From assembly GCA_052327205.1 (NCBI GenBank), contig CM126212.1:7874001-7938000 (forward strand): a stretch of DNA of 64,000 nucleotides, read 5' to 3'. The position numbers and the translations under genes were made by a program. This DNA is from Somniosus microcephalus. Lineage: Eukaryota. A model generated the notes under the pieces. The model was not told the origin of the DNA. It did no database searches and was given only the letters and a program-made list of their open reading frames with translations. Shown here one piece after another: positions 1 to 15,219 of this stretch (its first letter is position 1; every line of letters starts with the position of its first letter).

Positions 1-1819
1 TGGTCACAGCTAGGAAACGCCTTCTCTGTAGTTGCAGCAGGTTTTCAAGCCAGGCTCTGGAACAGGTCAACGCAGCCCCTCTCCTGGCTAAGGGGAAAAT
101 GTCTTACTCTTCCAGACAGTACAAATGCAACCCATGCCGATGGATGAAAAATAAGATATCCACGTGGGATGCTGATACATAAAAGAGGGAGGCAGGCTAC
201 ATGCTGCTGAACATCCACTGTGATCTGTCCCATTAGACCACCTGACTCGTGATGTTAACAACGAATGAAATGTTCTTGAGTAACCTCAGCATTTCGGAAA
301 AAATTCACATACTATTTAAATGTATCTCAGGAATGATTAGCAATTAAACCATTGGAAGAACAGTATGCTACACGAAGAAATCACTCATGATTTCAACAAA
401 CGAATCTCGGTGCTTGAATACCATTCAAGTAAATGCCCACTGGAACACTTAACTCAATGCTGTGAGGCTCGCAAATCAAGAGCCCCACAGATGAGAAAAC
501 CTCACTGCTCACCCATTATCCAGGCGTCATTTAGTAATTTAGCTCGAACTCCATGATGCAGCAAATGGAGATTGATCCTATCAAGGTTTGACTGTACCTC
601 TCACACCAAACAGATTTGTTTGAACCCAAACAGCATTTTACTTCATTTCTAGCCTATGGTTTTTATATAATCAACTGCAGATACCAGTGCATGGGTGTGT
701 GGTTCTGCAGGTGTACAAAACTTCCCCCCTAAAATGAGGATGTGTTTACTGCGCACATAGCAACACTGGGTTTAAATTCAGAATATCCAGAGAGATCTAC
801 AAGCCAGGAGGGTAAGTACAGCAAGTTTGGGCAATGTAAAAACACTGAATGGTAACTGATATCCACATCTTGTTCTCCCCATGCCACAAGCATCCACTAC
901 CATGACTAATACTTGTCGCTCCCTATAGATCAGCCACATAAAGACACAGCAACAAATACACAGATTTCACATAGGTTTACAGTCTGTGTTCAAACAAATG
1001 ACCACCCATATACATCCTTTCCAACATCTGATCTTAAGAGAACATCGTTTATTGTATTTCGTGGTTTACATTTACAAGGTCCAAGCTAATCTATGCATGG
1101 GTCAGTACAACACGGGAATGGAATACACTTATTCAATTCATGGTTATTTGACTGTATAGACATTGCTGTAAAATTCAGGTAAAGTTTACACACAAGATTT
1201 ATACTTTTAATAACATCAACAAAAGAAGCTTCCAATTCTTGGCTGTATTGCTGAGGTAACAGTCCTTTTGTTTACAGCCGTACATGGATTTGACGGTGCT
1301 AAAGGCGAGAACCTTCATAACAATCACCGTATCCAGTGATCTGGGCTTTTTCATTCTTCTACCGCCTTCTTTACTGGCGAGGTGTTCAAAGCCAACACAG
1401 GTGAAATAACCGATTTAGTATTCACCACATCCCAGATTTTTAAAAAGACATTAAGCTAAGGTTTTATCTTGCTGCATTTTCAAAGCTGACCGAGGTAGGT
1501 GAGCATTATGGTAGCTAGGTGAGGCTGTCGAGGGACTCCCCTCCCATCATCCCCATATCACTCACTCTTTACAGGATATTCAGTATATATTAATGTTCCA
1601 GGCTACTAACATTTACACAAATTACAATACCTTTTAATGACAATATAAATGCATTTGAATATACGCAACATTATGCAAAATGATAATATACAATGCATTA
1701 ATGTAAATTTGTGCTGGATAATGTATGGGACAATTACAGATTAGTGCAAATTAAACTTTGCAATGAATTGAATTTGCAGGAAAAAAAACACCACCGACAA
1801 CAAAAAAAACATGTTCTAC

Positions 1820-1864
1820 CTTTGTAAGCTGGGCCAGAGAGATAGAAGTTCCAGAGTCATCAAT
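1820..1864 (-). CDS. RBBP6: RBBP6 coding exon 4 (IDDSGTSISLAQLTK); gene continues left of the window
   Basis: 45-nt exon with AG acceptor (1865-1866) and GT donor (1818-1819); peptide matches recalled human RBBP6 IDDSSASISLAQLTK; phase 0 fits exon 3. Confidence 0.95.
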
Positions 1865-4619
1865 CTGTTAATGGAAGAATTAAATACAGACATTCACATT
1901 TAAACCATGATAAGGCACATATTTCAAACCCAAATAGACAGTCTGGTCATTACTCTCACATTTCAGTTACAAACTCACCTGTGTAAACATTCTTTTATAC
2001 TGTCCATAGTTAGTGTACATGTAGTGTGTGTGGTGGGGAGGGGCGGGGGGATAAGAAAAAAATTCACACTACAATGAAACGCTCTTAAATACAACTTTTG
2101 GATTCAGACTGTGCTTTAATAGATGAACAGGAGTGCAAAATATCACACAGTATAAGGTCAGTGCTAAAGTAAATGACTTTGCATACAGTTGCCACTCCAA
2201 CATAGAACAGAACTGAAAAGGATTTAAATATGTTTTACAGAAAAGGTATGAAATTGGTGTGAGCGAGAGAGAGAGAATGAGAATCTTGTACTAAGGTTAA
2301 TTTTCTGTCAGGTATAGTATGGGGGTCGGGCAGGAAGAGCATGAGCTCCATGTGTTGAGCTGCTAAGGATGTGATGACGACCATGGGGTGGTAAGAACTA
2401 TTAAGATCCAAAACTGCGCTCCAGACATTAAAAGTATTAGGGTCATTACATTCATCCAGACAATTTCCGGTTAGTTTATTCGAGTGCGTTGAGGACAACA
2501 TCAAGTCTAACTTACAGAATCACTAACTACATTCGTATGAGTTTCTGGTTCTCCACATTTAAGACAGATCAAAAAAGTGAGGCTGAAACAAGAAGACATC
2601 TTGGGTTGGCGCAGCAAACCAAGTGTCTTTAGATCCACCCCCACAAGCCATTATTGACAGTGGGAGGCAGTGTGCAAGAATGCTGCCTGTACAGGACAGC
2701 AGCTGCTCTGGATCCACTATTTCCGTTGTGCACCATGACTAGCAGCAACGTCTACTCCCGCCATCCCACATTTCAAACACTGGTTTTGCCATGACACACT
2801 GTACTTCATGTGAAAAATAAAATTATACTGGTTGATCTCTGAATTTATTAAAAAATATATTTACTCTACATGTATTGTCCTGTATGTGCATGTTTTTTCT
2901 GCTGCTCCATTGCTCACCTTCCCGTACTATGACTAGTCTATTATACAATTAGATGCAATGTCCTGTGGCCTTGCTCACAGATAATCTGAGGAAATAGCAC
3001 GCCCTTCAGCTGTGTTTGCAGCAACAGAATGAGAGAATCTCAATTGCCTTCTTTGGAACAGATAATAATAAGTACTCTTGGAATCAATCACGTTCTTTCA
3101 GAGTTGCAACACCAACTCCGGAGCAAGAACACAAGTTGTTGCAGCATCACCTATTGGAGGGACAACAGCTTTACAAAGTAGTATTTTAAATATTAGCTGA
3201 TCTGACATGGCACTGCAAACAGGGAGTCTAGGCCAAGTGTGAAATCTTCAGGTAAAGTGGAGTTCGAGGGTGGGAGATAACTGGACCAGGTCACATGGAT
3301 GTAATTCACCCTTATTTTAAAATCATACACTCTGTCCTTACTTTTAATATACTATCATTTGATATGATGTATAATTAAATAGCAAAACTCAGGGCAATAG
3401 AATTGGTCGCAGCGCAGGAGTTTCTCTGCAGTACAGGCAGAGGACCTGGGAGGCGTAAAACTGAGGTGCTACAGTACCAGCACTGGCAGAAAGGTGGAAT
3501 TACAGCGTGACAAGCTTACACAGGCAGCTTCTGTTATAAATGTGGACACAGGCATTTCTGATGGGGAAAAGATGACACAGGTAGTAGACACCAATGTTCC
3601 CTTTAAGCTGTGCAGCGCTCCAGGGAACCCGTGCAGCTGGCTTTTCAATGTAAAAACTGCGCGTTTTAAAGGGGCGGCACAGGGCCAAAAAAATGACAGC
3701 GAACATTGGTGGACACACATGGAAAGTTTCTAATACATTCCCAGTTAACCTCCTGTGGCACTGCACACAAAGTCAAGGCCACATGTACTCGTGTGTTTTG
3801 GTGGGGGGGGGGGGGGGGGGGGGGGCGGCGGGTGTGAGGCACAAATAATTTTACCAGTTAAAATTCATAGAAACATAGAAGGTAGGAGGAGTAGGCCATT
3901 CGGCCCTTCGAGCCGGAGTTCCCACATAGCGCAGGAGGTGCATACCTCAGTCCCCATATTCTATTAATTCTTTCAATATTTTGATCTTATGCAGAAAAGC
4001 TAAGCACTGTCTGCAGTATGTGCAGTATAGGCTGAGGAGACAGAAGGACTGCCGCCACTGACAGGAGAGCGCAATTATACTATGACAAGTTGAGGGGTAA
4101 TTTCTACTGTAAATATGGGCACAAAAATCAATGACAGGACATGTGCACAGATGGAAGATAAATATGCATTTATTATGGGAAGGAAACGTTAACCCTTTCT
4201 CCAAATTTACATTCCCTGTATGACCCTGGGAAGAACTTTGAAGATTTATTTTTGCTAAAGTTTCTTCCTGTTGTCCATGCTTTCTACATCATAATTCAAG
4301 TCCAATATTTAGCAAAAAGTCCTCGCAAATAAAATTACCAATTAAGGATTGTGTCAATGGGTTAAGTGGGAATATGGTAGGAAAAAAAAACACGAAACAC
4401 AGGACTTAAACTGTAATTTTAAATTTAATTTAGATTTTCCTCTTCCTCGCTAATCCCTGGAACTGGGGTGTCCAAGCTCTTGGTCTGTGTTAGCTGCGTA
4501 GGTACACAGCACAAAGCCTCTGCGGCCACATATCAACTTTAATCTACCCTCCCATTAATTTGCATACATCTCAAGTTGGTGATACGAAGGAATCTTGGCA
4601 TTTAGATTTAGGATTTATC

Positions 4620-5020
4620 CATGTGTGAGGCAACAGGGCCAAGAACAGCCCTTTGCAATGCCGCCCCAGTTTTGGGCATATTATAGGAAGGATACACAAA
4701 AAATAAAAAGGTTGCTGTGAAGATTCACTAGGATGTTACCCAGATATGGGTTTACAGTTATGTGGAGAAACTGGAGGTAAATTACTTTTTTTCCACTGGA
4801 CCTCAAGTTTAAGGTATGACCTGTTAAGAGTACTTCAAGGCTATGAATAAGAGGGAATGATTGTTTCCATATGTCAGAGAAATGATAATGACAGGGAACA
4901 AATTTAAATCTAAAAAAGTTAGAAAAATGTGTTTACACATAAGAAAGGTAGAATGTGGAATTCTCTGCCATCAACAATTGTTGCAGCAAAGTCTATAAAT
5001 TCTCTTAAAAAGGGATTAAG
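4620..5020 (+). mobile_element. Highly decayed CR1/HER1-like LINE 3' fragment
   Basis: Degenerate similarity to the better-preserved copy at 58850-60256. Confidence 0.55.
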
Positions 5021-8000
5021 GTAGTTAATTCTATGATTCTGGGTTAAAGAAGTTGGACTTTGAATAAACCTAACTGAAGTTTATAAGATTATTGGCAAAT
5101 AGAGGATTGGCAACAGCAATTTCCCCCACTTTCAAAAGACACCATTTTTTGCTCCAGAATACCAATAAAGCAGATAAGGTCAGTGGAGGGATTAAGCGAA
5201 TGTTCAATTCCAGATAGATCTCCATATATATACACACACACACGACATGGTGCAAAGCCCAATTGATGCGCGACCACTCATTAGAGGGGTATCAACTTGC
5301 TTTAGAGCACTAGGGGGTGATAGTCAGCTCATCAGTCTGGCTTTTGATTTATTTTGCCACTTGCACATTGCAAGTGATTTTAGATGCATCCATGCAAATG
5401 TAGTACAAGGCATTTCAGATTCCCCTTCTGTGCAATTCTAATTCATTCACTCAAAGGTACAGTAAGAGTGTTGATAACGGACTGTTGGATCCAGTTATTC
5501 ACAAGTCATGATTCCCCGTGTGCAATGCCAATATAGACCGACAAGTAATTAAGGAAGCATATACAGGAATTCCAGATGAAAGCCTCTCTGAGACTAAAGC
5601 AGGCTTTATATTCAGATGCTGCAAGCATGCTTTATTGGGATCGGGTTAATTCCCTCATTATGCTTGATTTAGTGTTACATTCATGATACTCCAGGACAAA
5701 AGTCAAGCACAAATCTGCAAATGCTACCGAGTGTTGGCTATGCAATGTTACAATAACTCCAGTCTAAGTGCTCCAAGTCCACTTGATGTCTCCACAAGCA
5801 GTGGGATTATATTTATTTGTCACTTCTCAGATTGGCCAACGATGCTCTAGTAAGGATCAACTTGCACTGTCCCAGTAAAAACGGTCACATACCCTCAACA
5901 GTTTCTCCAAATTTGAGCACCATCATTTCCTAATGTGTGTGGTTCTCGAAGATTAACAGAGATACACAAAGTCAGTACTAAGGACTCTCAGATGTAACAG
6001 CAGCACTGTGCATCTTGCTGGGTCAGCACAGAGGGAGTTTTATTCTGCATCTAATCTATATTGTAACTGTACTGAGTGTGCACGATGTTAATATGGTGTA
6101 AAATATGTTCGATTGCCCACCTTAACAAAAACAGTATGATCCAACGATTCTCCCCACCTCCGCAAAATACAACCCAACCCCGAAACCGATAAATAAAACT
6201 GATCACTTACAACTTGTGTAAGCAATATTACCAGAAGAATTCCTTGTATCTCTGGCTTCTGCTCCCCTCCAGCATTAGTAATAAGGCATTAAAATGTTAA
6301 TCAGCACTTTTAAACTCTATATTGGAACGACATATATTGCCAACATTTAAAGATCATTGAACTCCATAACAAACTATTTTATGGTCTAATATTTGCATAG
6401 CTTCAGCAATCTAAAACCTTCCTAATGGTGACCTGCTAGATTTTGTCTGCAAAAAGAGGATATTGAATTGGGAGAACAATGACACAGCCTCATGTAAAGT
6501 CACAGATTACCCAGAGATTTTTATTTTCAGCAAAGAGAACTACTTTCATACAATGTGCTGCCCATGTTAGTACTGCTGGATCCTGAAAGACAGGTCGTGT
6601 ACAGCGCTGCAATCTGGAGGTGATCTTTTTGAGATTCCCCAAAACAGCAGCAGGAAGACCTGACAGAAACAAGACCTGTCAGCGGTCTGGTTTCGTCAAT
6701 CCCAACATGTTTACCCACAGGTTGTAGCCATCTGCATGAAATCTGTGTTGGGGACTAGCACTGTAAGCATGGCTATAAAAGCAGCTTTTGGCGGTGACAA
6801 AATGAGTTGTAGCATAAGCCAGTTTTGAAGTTAGTTCAAAATTACACATGAAAATCTGACAGTAGCCAAGTTTAAACTGCTTTCAACACAGTATGTAGCA
6901 GACATGAATTCAAAATACAAAACCAGCAATGTCTTTCTAAAAAGGATGGCTGATACAGGAAGCAGAAAAATCACAGCGAGAGTGGAGGGTAGTCAGGAAT
7001 TGGGAGTTAACCACACAAGAGGAATAATGACAGTATCTTTGCATGGAGTAAAAAAAAGTCAGACAAATTGTAATTTTCAAAAAAGGGATTTATTTAGGTG
7101 AACTGAGCAACAGGGAGTTTAACATGCATCTAAACTGCAAGGGCATTAACCTGGAAGAGTTCAACATTGACAAATACAAAGTGTTGCATTGGCCATAAGT
7201 GAGATTTTCCTCATCTTGAACCCATTGTTTTTTTCAATTCTGTTTTGGACTCAAGTGCTCAGACAGCAAAAAGACCACAGCTGGCATAATTTATTGAGTC
7301 CAACTGTTCAATTATTGTCATGGCTTTCTTCAAAGAGAAAAGGAAGACAAGTGAACTGATATCTGAAGGAGAAAATCCTGCATTTCACTTGGAAACCTCA
7401 CTAATCGGAAGAGAGATTTACACGCATCATTTTGAAATAACGTCAACACTGGCTTGTGCTCCAATTCATTCTCTGGCGTCCAAGGCTGATGATGCAATGA
7501 TTTTAGCAGAACAGTTATCCTCAGACACTGACTGGCCACGCACAGCAAACTGCATCAAATTGTCCACCGCCCTCACATAATGAGCTGAGTTATGTCCAGA
7601 AAGACAGCTGGTGTTTCTTGCTGTGGGTGAGCAGACAGTGGGTAGACTATTTGCCCCAGATGTGCATTGCTCAAGTAGACAAATTTACACACCTGGGCAA
7701 CTCAGGATAAAAATTACCTAAGATTTTCCAAACAGTCTGCTGAGCCAAGCTGCACGAGCCACCCAAGCAAACCTCAGTTTAAAGCCCAGAGAGCCTGCTC
7801 TGCCAGATTGAGATAATCAGCAAGAAATCTCAGGGCAAAATAGTGGCGAGTGGGCTCAGCACCAGTGACTCGAGCAAAATGCAAAAAAGGTTCGTACTGC
7901 AGCCAGTGATCCATTTCAAACAGTCTGTCTAGAAAATCTGCATTTAATTCCTTTGATGGTTTCATGAAAATTGAGGCCATTATGTTATTGCTGCTATAGA

Positions 8001-9329
8001 GCCTACAGAAATTTAAAAGGTTACAATGAGACCAAGCTACTCTGCAGCAGATAATTTTGTCAGATGTGCAAGTACATTGATGTTTCCATACGCCTACTAT
8101 TCAAGACTGTCTTCCATCCACTTTTCCAATACAGAGCAAGTCAACAAATCCAGTAGGCCAAAGTAATGCGGATTACATTAAAGCCTTCATGCTGTACCTG
8201 GAAAGCAGCGTCAAAGAATTGCAAACTAATGATAATCCTGATTATTGGTGCAGTGACTGGCTTGGAGAACAGTACAAGGCTGCAACATAACTGCAACCGT
8301 ATATCAGAAAGAGCAAAACCAAAACTTTGTTGTTGTTGTTTCCACCTTTAGGACCATGGAATTTTCTGGCAATTCAGATTAGATTTGTCTATAAATCTGC
8401 AGTAATGGCAGTACAATAGTTCATCCCGTTATTTCAATGTCATCATGTATTGAGGATCTGGAATGCAGTGGCAAAGGCGCATCCACACCAGTATCTGCTG
8501 CTGGTACAAACAATTAAACAGCTGCTCCATCTAAGATTATGATCGCCAAGTACAAGACGAATTGAATGTCAGCACGGTGTGAGCTCCAAGATTAGCAATT
8601 AAAGATCTGAAATTTAGCACTCTTGATTTAAAACCAGTATTGAAGCCTTGAGATTAAAGCAGGCAGCAGTAAATTCCCAGTTACCTAAAAGGTCATGTCA
8701 TGTCTAATGCTACCTAAATATACTCCAATTCAGCCAGCTAGTTACAGTAAAATCTAACCCCCCACCCAGTAGGGGGGTTTAGCCATATGGACCAACTTTG
8801 CCAGCTATAGTCTCGAAAATAAAATGCAACAGGAAGAGGAAGTTTTCCCAAACACACATTGTGTGAATATTCAATGTTTTGCATACCTTATAACTAAAAA
8901 ACATTTCAGGCCTCACCAATTTAATCTCAATAAAGACCAATTGATAGCACGAGGGGACCGACTGCCTTGTTAAAACCAACATCCTTAAAATATTAAACCA
9001 AGGTTTTGGTGTCGAATGGTTTTGAGACAAACAAAATCCTGTCTGCAAAGGGTACATTCAGGATTGTTCACAGGGTTTACCTTATTGTTGGTAATCAATA
9101 ACAGTGGATCTTACAGGCAGACAATTGCACCAATCAGAAATGAGACCTCAAGTTTAATTGGGTACCAGTGGTTATCTGTCCTTTCATCTCCGACTTGGGT
9201 TGAAATCCAGTCCCGATGGATAGAATAAAAAACCCCACCTCACTATCAGCTATGGGTCCCAAAATGAAAGTAGTTTGGGCAGACCCATAGTGCCGTGCCA
9301 ACTTGGCATACCCCCAGTAAGAGCGTTCG

Positions 9330-9750
9330 CTTGGCTACATAAGAAGCACTCTCATCTGAATTGGGGGTAGTGGATTGAAGCCTCACCCCAGGATGTGAGT
9401 ACATAACCCAGCCCAACACTCCAGTACAGTAGTTAGGAAGTGCTGCATTGTCAGAGGTGCTGTCTTTCAGATGAAATATTAAACTGTGGCCCGGTAATCT
9501 TGTTTAGCTGGCACGATTCAAAAGAGAAGCAGGCGGTTTTTCTGGTGTTCTGGCCAACATTTCTCTCTCAATCAATGCCACCAATACTATATCACTCCTT
9601 AATTAGAATTTTGAGAGACCCTGCTGTGTGCAAATTGGATCTTGTCTTTGCCCACGTTTCAGTGACTACACTTCAAAATTAATTCATTGGGCGTGAACAC
9701 TGAGGTGGCCTGAGAACTGAAAGGGGATATATAAATTCAAATTATTCTTT
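9330..9750 (+). mobile_element. Decayed DeuSINE (SacSINE1-like)
   Basis: Shares GCTGTGTGCAAATTGG...CTTCAAAA...TTCATTGG blocks with the copy at 31742-32150. Confidence 0.6.
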
Positions 9751-11769
9751 ACCGTGAGATTAATAAAAAATTCTTAAACAGTTGAGTTTAAGGAGTTTCA
9801 TACATTGATCAACTGCTTAGTAACGATTACTGATAATCTGCCATTTCTAAATTTGGGCATCTTCAGATTCTTCTAGCAACTTAACCTATGACAGTGGCAT
9901 TACCATACAGTGGAACAACAGAGCATCAAGTTCTACACCACGAAGTGGTGGGATGTGGGTTTTGTGCATCGATGGCTCATACTGCGGATTTGCCTGTCAG
10001 TCAGATTGCTGTGGATAAACATTAAGCAGAGGCCTGGTACCTCATTAATAGAAAAGCTACCCAGGCTACTCTTTTGTACCTCCTTACAACCAATTAAAAA
10101 TAGCATAAGCTGAACAATGGCTTGGGGCGGGTAACATGGTGACAAGATGCTAGAGGGGTTCAGATGAAGTGTCAAATTCCACGAGTTTCTGAAGCTCATT
10201 TTTAACAGTCCTAGCAATTTTTGAATTCAAAATGTTTTATGTTAAATGATTTCTTAGCTGCAGGAAGGACAAGGCTTGAAGTTGGCAGGAAGCAGTTTTG
10301 GAACTATACATTACTAGATCGGGAACAAAAAGGCAACAAAGAAGGGCTTCCAGGTGGATATGGTATGAAGTAAGTTGGGTTTTTAAAATCGACAAGAGTC
10401 GAACCGGGTTTTAACTGGGGATTTGAAAACAACTTCTCCCTCCCAATGAAACCCATCTACTTTTTCTGTTCCGACCATAAATCATCCGACTTGGTATATT
10501 TGTATATCCCATTACCACTGCTAAACACTGACCTCGCTCAGCTTCCCCTGCAGTCTGGCAACTAGGTCTGACACCTCTTTCTCTTGCCTTCCCCTGCTGC
10601 CTCCGTGAGCAGAAGGATAAAACTTGACAAAACAGAATGAAGGAAAACTATGAATTTCAAAATAGAAAAATAAACAAACAGATCAAGACAAACACAGTGA
10701 AAAAACAGTGGCACAAATACCATGCAAATGAGTTAAACATTACTGAGAGGAAGTTACTGAATAGCTTAGCATAGCAAACCTCCACCATTACAAATACACA
10801 AATATACAAGCCAGGGAAAGCCCCGACACGTCCATAACTAAAGGAAGATAGGCATTCAGCTGAGGGAAACATCAATACCCTAACTGCTAGAAAATTGCAA
10901 GAACGCAGACATTTACTGGTTAAGATTCCTTCACTATTGAAGGGCTCACTCTAGGAATTATAGCACTCTAAGCAGTTTAGCATTCAGTATTGCTTTGCAA
11001 TGCTTTGCCAAGTGTGCTCATGAAATATGTGGGCGATGGTGGTACAAGGGCACACTAATGGATTACCTTAGTTTATAGATGACATTGAAAGATTTAAACT
11101 ATTATATAGATTAAAACGCTAAAAATTGAAGTACAAGAGTTCCCTCACAGTAAACTGGTCAGTCCTTTCTTATCACAATGCCTTTCTACACACACTAATG
11201 TCTTCTAAGATTGTTACAAACTGTAAAAATCTGAATAGTCTACACTTCATTCAAATGATCTGATCAATCTTTTTAGCACTAAATTTCTACTTGGCTACAT
11301 TACGTTGCTTAATTCAAAGCATTGTCTAACTGGGAATTGTGTGTGCAAAAAACCCTTCCAATTAACAGGTGTTAACGGTTTACTTCTTGCTGTGTTTGAG
11401 GTTTAGGGTGGACCCAGCACACTTCCAAACACGAAGGCACAGTAACATGAAAACTCGTTCCTTCCCCACTCCTATCCTGGAGTACCAATACGCAGGACTA
11501 ATTGGAACCAATGTTCCAAACTCAAGATCAGAGGGTTTTTTAGTCACATTGCAATGCAAACAAATGAGCGTCATTCGACATCCACATATCAGCTCAGCCC
11601 CAGTGAATTGAGACACATACCAGGGCAAGCTGTAACAGTGTTACATACCACACAGTAGGTTCAATACTCATCCTTATACCCTCGTGCATTGTGCTAGTGG
11701 TGTTAAAATTGAGCAGCTGGTCTTTCAGTGAGGTGGCCCAATGTTTAATTATGTATTTAGGTCTCGTCC

Positions 11770-12270
11770 TTCAGACGAGACATTAAAGCATGGTCCCATT
11801 TGCCTGCTCCAGTGGTTGAGGCAAATATTTATGATTGCATGACGCAAATCAAAAATTGAGCAGGGAGTTCTCAGATCCTAGCCAACATTCCTCCTTCAAC
11901 CATCAATAAAAAGAGAGATTTGTTGGTCGTGTATCTTTGGAATTCTCTACCCCACAGGGCTGTGGAGGCTCAGTTGTGTATATTCAAGACAGAGAGCGAT
12001 AGATTTTCGGACACTAATGGAATCAGGGGATATGGGAATCGGGCGGGAAGGTGGAGTTGAGGTAGAAGATCAGCCATGATCTTATTGAATGGCGGAGCAG
12101 GCTCGAGGGGCCAAATCCTGCTCCTATTTCTTATGTTCTTAATCATCCCATGGCTGTTCATGGGAGATTGCTGTTGTAAAATGGCAGCTGCACTTGCCGA
12201 CCAACAGTCACTCCCTTCAAAATAAGCCACTCGTGTGGAGCACTTCCAGATTTGACACGAGGCATTGTAT
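11770..12270 (+). mobile_element. Decayed DeuSINE interrupted by a CR1/HER1 3' fragment
   Basis: GAGCAGGGAGTTCTC...GCCAACATT block before and CTTCAAAATAA...GAGCACTT block after the inserted LINE piece. Confidence 0.55.
11935..12141 (+). mobile_element. CR1/HER1-like LINE 3' end
   Basis: Closely similar to 60040-60256; ends in TTCTTATGTTCTTA tail. Confidence 0.85.
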
Positions 12271-12849
12271 AAATAACATAACAATGTATTATATATTACA
12301 TGTTTTCTGTGAAGGTTTATCAGTAATTTATGTTTCCTTTGACAAGGTCACTTGTACTATTACTTCTTTTGTGGTGGGAGGACTGAGAACACTTCACCAC
12401 AGTTAATACTAAATATTCTAGTACATTTCTCTATTCACACCTGGGATGGGGGCAAATGGGGCCACTATCCACTGGCTGCATAAAGACCTCTGAATGGAGC
12501 AGATTCTGCTGTGCTGACATTTCCAAAGCTTGTCGCACTTGAACTACCTCTCCCAGCTTTTGATTTTTTTAAAGAAACTTCAGCACCCACAGCTTTCATC
12601 AGCCTGGTTAATAGCATATTTTGGCCCACAAATTTGGTGCATTAAAACATTGCTCCACTGTACCCTGGAAAAGGTCAGAGATGTGACCAGAATGCTTAGA
12701 AATCTCAACACACTGAAATTAACACAGGGCTCAGAAATCGCAGTGCAAGGTTTACTGAACTCTCATGAACTCTTCTCCCCCCCAAAGTGGAATTCCTGAA
12801 ACTTGTAGCTGCAAAAGTGCTCAACACCTACATAAAAGACACATTTATT

Positions 12850-13610
12850 TCTCTACCTCACTACCACGTCTCTCGACCCATCCACGGTCCCAAAATTGTC
12901 AGACTGCTTGTCTGACATCCAGTTCAGAAATTTTCTCCAATTAAATATTGGGAAGACCAAAGCCATTGTTTTCAGTCCCCAACACAAACTCTGTTCCCTA
13001 GCCACTGACGCCATCCCTCAGGCTGAGCCACACTGTTTGCAACCTTGGTGTCATATTTGGCCCTGAAATGAGCTTCCGACCACCTATCCGCACCATAACA
13101 AAGACCACCTATTTCCACTCTAACATCACCCATCTCCACCCGTGCCTCGGCTCATCTGCTGCTGAAACCCTCATCCAGGCCTTTGTTACCTCTAGTCTTG
13201 ACTATTCCAACGCACTCCTGGCTGGCCTCCCACATTCTACCCTACGTAAACTTGAGGTCATCCAAAACTCAGCTGCCCGTGTCCTAACTCGCACCAAGTC
13301 CCGTTCACCAATCACCCCTGTGCTCGCCGACCTACACTGTCCTCTTGAGCACCCCCGATTATAAATCGTTCTACTATTGGTGGTCGTGCCTTCTGTTGCC
13401 TAGGCCCTAAGCTCTGGAATTTCCTGCCAAAACCCCTCGACCTCTCTCTCCTCCTTTAAGACGCTCCTTAAAACTGACCTCTTTGACCAAGCTTTGGGTC
13501 ACCTGCCCTAATTTCTCCTTGCGTGGCTCGGGGTCACATTTTTGGTCTTAATACTCCTGTGAAGCACCTTGGGATGGATTACTACGTTAAAGGCACTATA
13601 TAAATACTTC
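12850..13610 (+). mobile_element. L2-clade LINE 3' fragment
   Basis: ORF 13068-13364 has the L2 ORF2 C-terminal motif (ETLIQAFVTSSLDYSNALLAGLP...IQNSAARVLT...ITPVLADLH); L2-type tail GCACTATATAAAT. Confidence 0.85.
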
Positions 13611-14211
13611 TGGTTATTTATACATTTTTGAAGTGCATCCATAAGTAGGTGCTAAGTACTTTAAAAACAGACAGCACGTGGCTAAGCCTTCAAAAAAAAA
13701 CACACTAGCATGGCAATGCTTTAATCTCCATTTAAAAATCTACCAGAATATTCAAAAATCAAAGAAACTACACGGTCTTTTGGAGATCTTATGTATTGGC
13801 TCAAAGCAAAGCAACACAGGCAAAAAAGGCCACATTGTTCACATAACCGGGAATTTACCTGGGCTGTAATGGAAAATCTGCCATTTTTTTTTTTACTGCA
13901 AACTACAGCAACATCTGATTTAACAACATATCAAAGTCATGGCTGACACCGGCCCTTTAGCCAGTCCCATTTAGTTAAGTTGAAACCTCCAACAATGCAG
14001 AACGACAAGTCCACGATAGAAATTTTATGTGAATTAAGAGAATCCAGTAGAAACGTTTGCAAGCTACTTTTCATGTTAAGTTTCCCAAATGTGTGGAGAT
14101 TGAAAATCAAACCAAACATTTAGTGCCAATATTAACTGGCTACATCTATTAATAAAGCAGACAACCAAATTCTAAATGTGCCTGATGCGCACAAAGTTAA
14201 CATGATGAAAG

Positions 14212-15219
14212 TTTATTATTTTAAGATATATATATATATATATTATAAAAAAGGCTCAAACAAAAAGCATTCAACTTTTACTTCACAGATATCACACAGA
14301 AGGGCAAAACAGCCAGAATTAAGCTTTAAATTGACAAGTCAGGGGATTTCTGTGGTGTGCAAGTGAAAAATCATGTACATACGGTATGAAACACATCAGT
14401 TTGTTACCAATACAGACATAAAAATACACCAGTATAACTTAAATAGCACCACAAAAGCCTACTGACTTCCATTTATTTGCAAAGTTCTGTGGCCAGAAAA
14501 GAAAAATTAAACAATAACAGAAGGATTGAATATTTCTGGGATTTAGTGATACTTGTCAAATTTTAGTTTGTTTGAGCTCAAAGTTTAAAAAAAACTTGTG
14601 CTGTTGTGAAAATAGGATATAGAGAAAGGAAGTGTTGAACTGCACAAATTCAACATTTGCTTTATATCCATTAGATACTGGAGTCTAATGTGGTTTTTCA
14701 TGTGCCTTATCATAGTGTAAAGCAACCTGTTTCACCATCAAGAAATCAAACCTATTAAACCATAAAAAGTTGAGTGATACAATGTGAAATGGAAGATAAT
14801 ACACTTCAAACATTCTTTATTTGAAGAAACAAAATGCACACAATAGCCTATACACATGTAATACTAAATAAAGACAGACATCACATGAACACTTTCATGT
14901 TCGCTATAGTAAACTGTTGCAACCACAAGCTCTGAAAATGATCATACACTGATCTGTACAACACCGAGTCATACAGAAATTAACTAGCATTTTCAATGTG
15001 AAATACAGTGCATTACCTTGCACCATTATCAGGTCACACACAGATAATATCTGCAGATATGGGCAATTGTCTTGAAATATTATCCAACAGTATTTTAAAA
15101 TACTACGAATGCATTACAAAACATACCCAGGTCAGATGTGCATCACGGTATACTTAGTTTATGCATTGCTTTGAAAATTACTATTTAAAAAAATCATTAA
15201 CATTATTGTCTAATGATTA
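14212..15219 (-). terminator. RBBP6: Candidate 3' UTR and intronic poly(A) signals of the short RBBP6 (DWNN-only) isoform
   Basis: AATAAA on the minus strand at 14816-14821, 14472-14477 and 14212-14217; the last is followed by a GU/U-rich tract; no recognisable repeats in this AT-rich stretch. Confidence 0.55.

Noticed and set aside
1-1819. RBBP6 exon 5 (TANLAEANASEEDKIK...)
   Set aside because: No matching sequence found by eye; presumably left of the window
2235-2504. 89-aa minus-strand ORF in RBBP6 intron 3 as an alternative exon
   Set aside because: No recognisable homology and no convincing acceptor
3803-3826. Poly-G run (also poly-C near 28507 and 30655) as functional G-quadruplexes
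   Set aside because: Simple homopolymers, common and error-prone in assemblies; no supporting context
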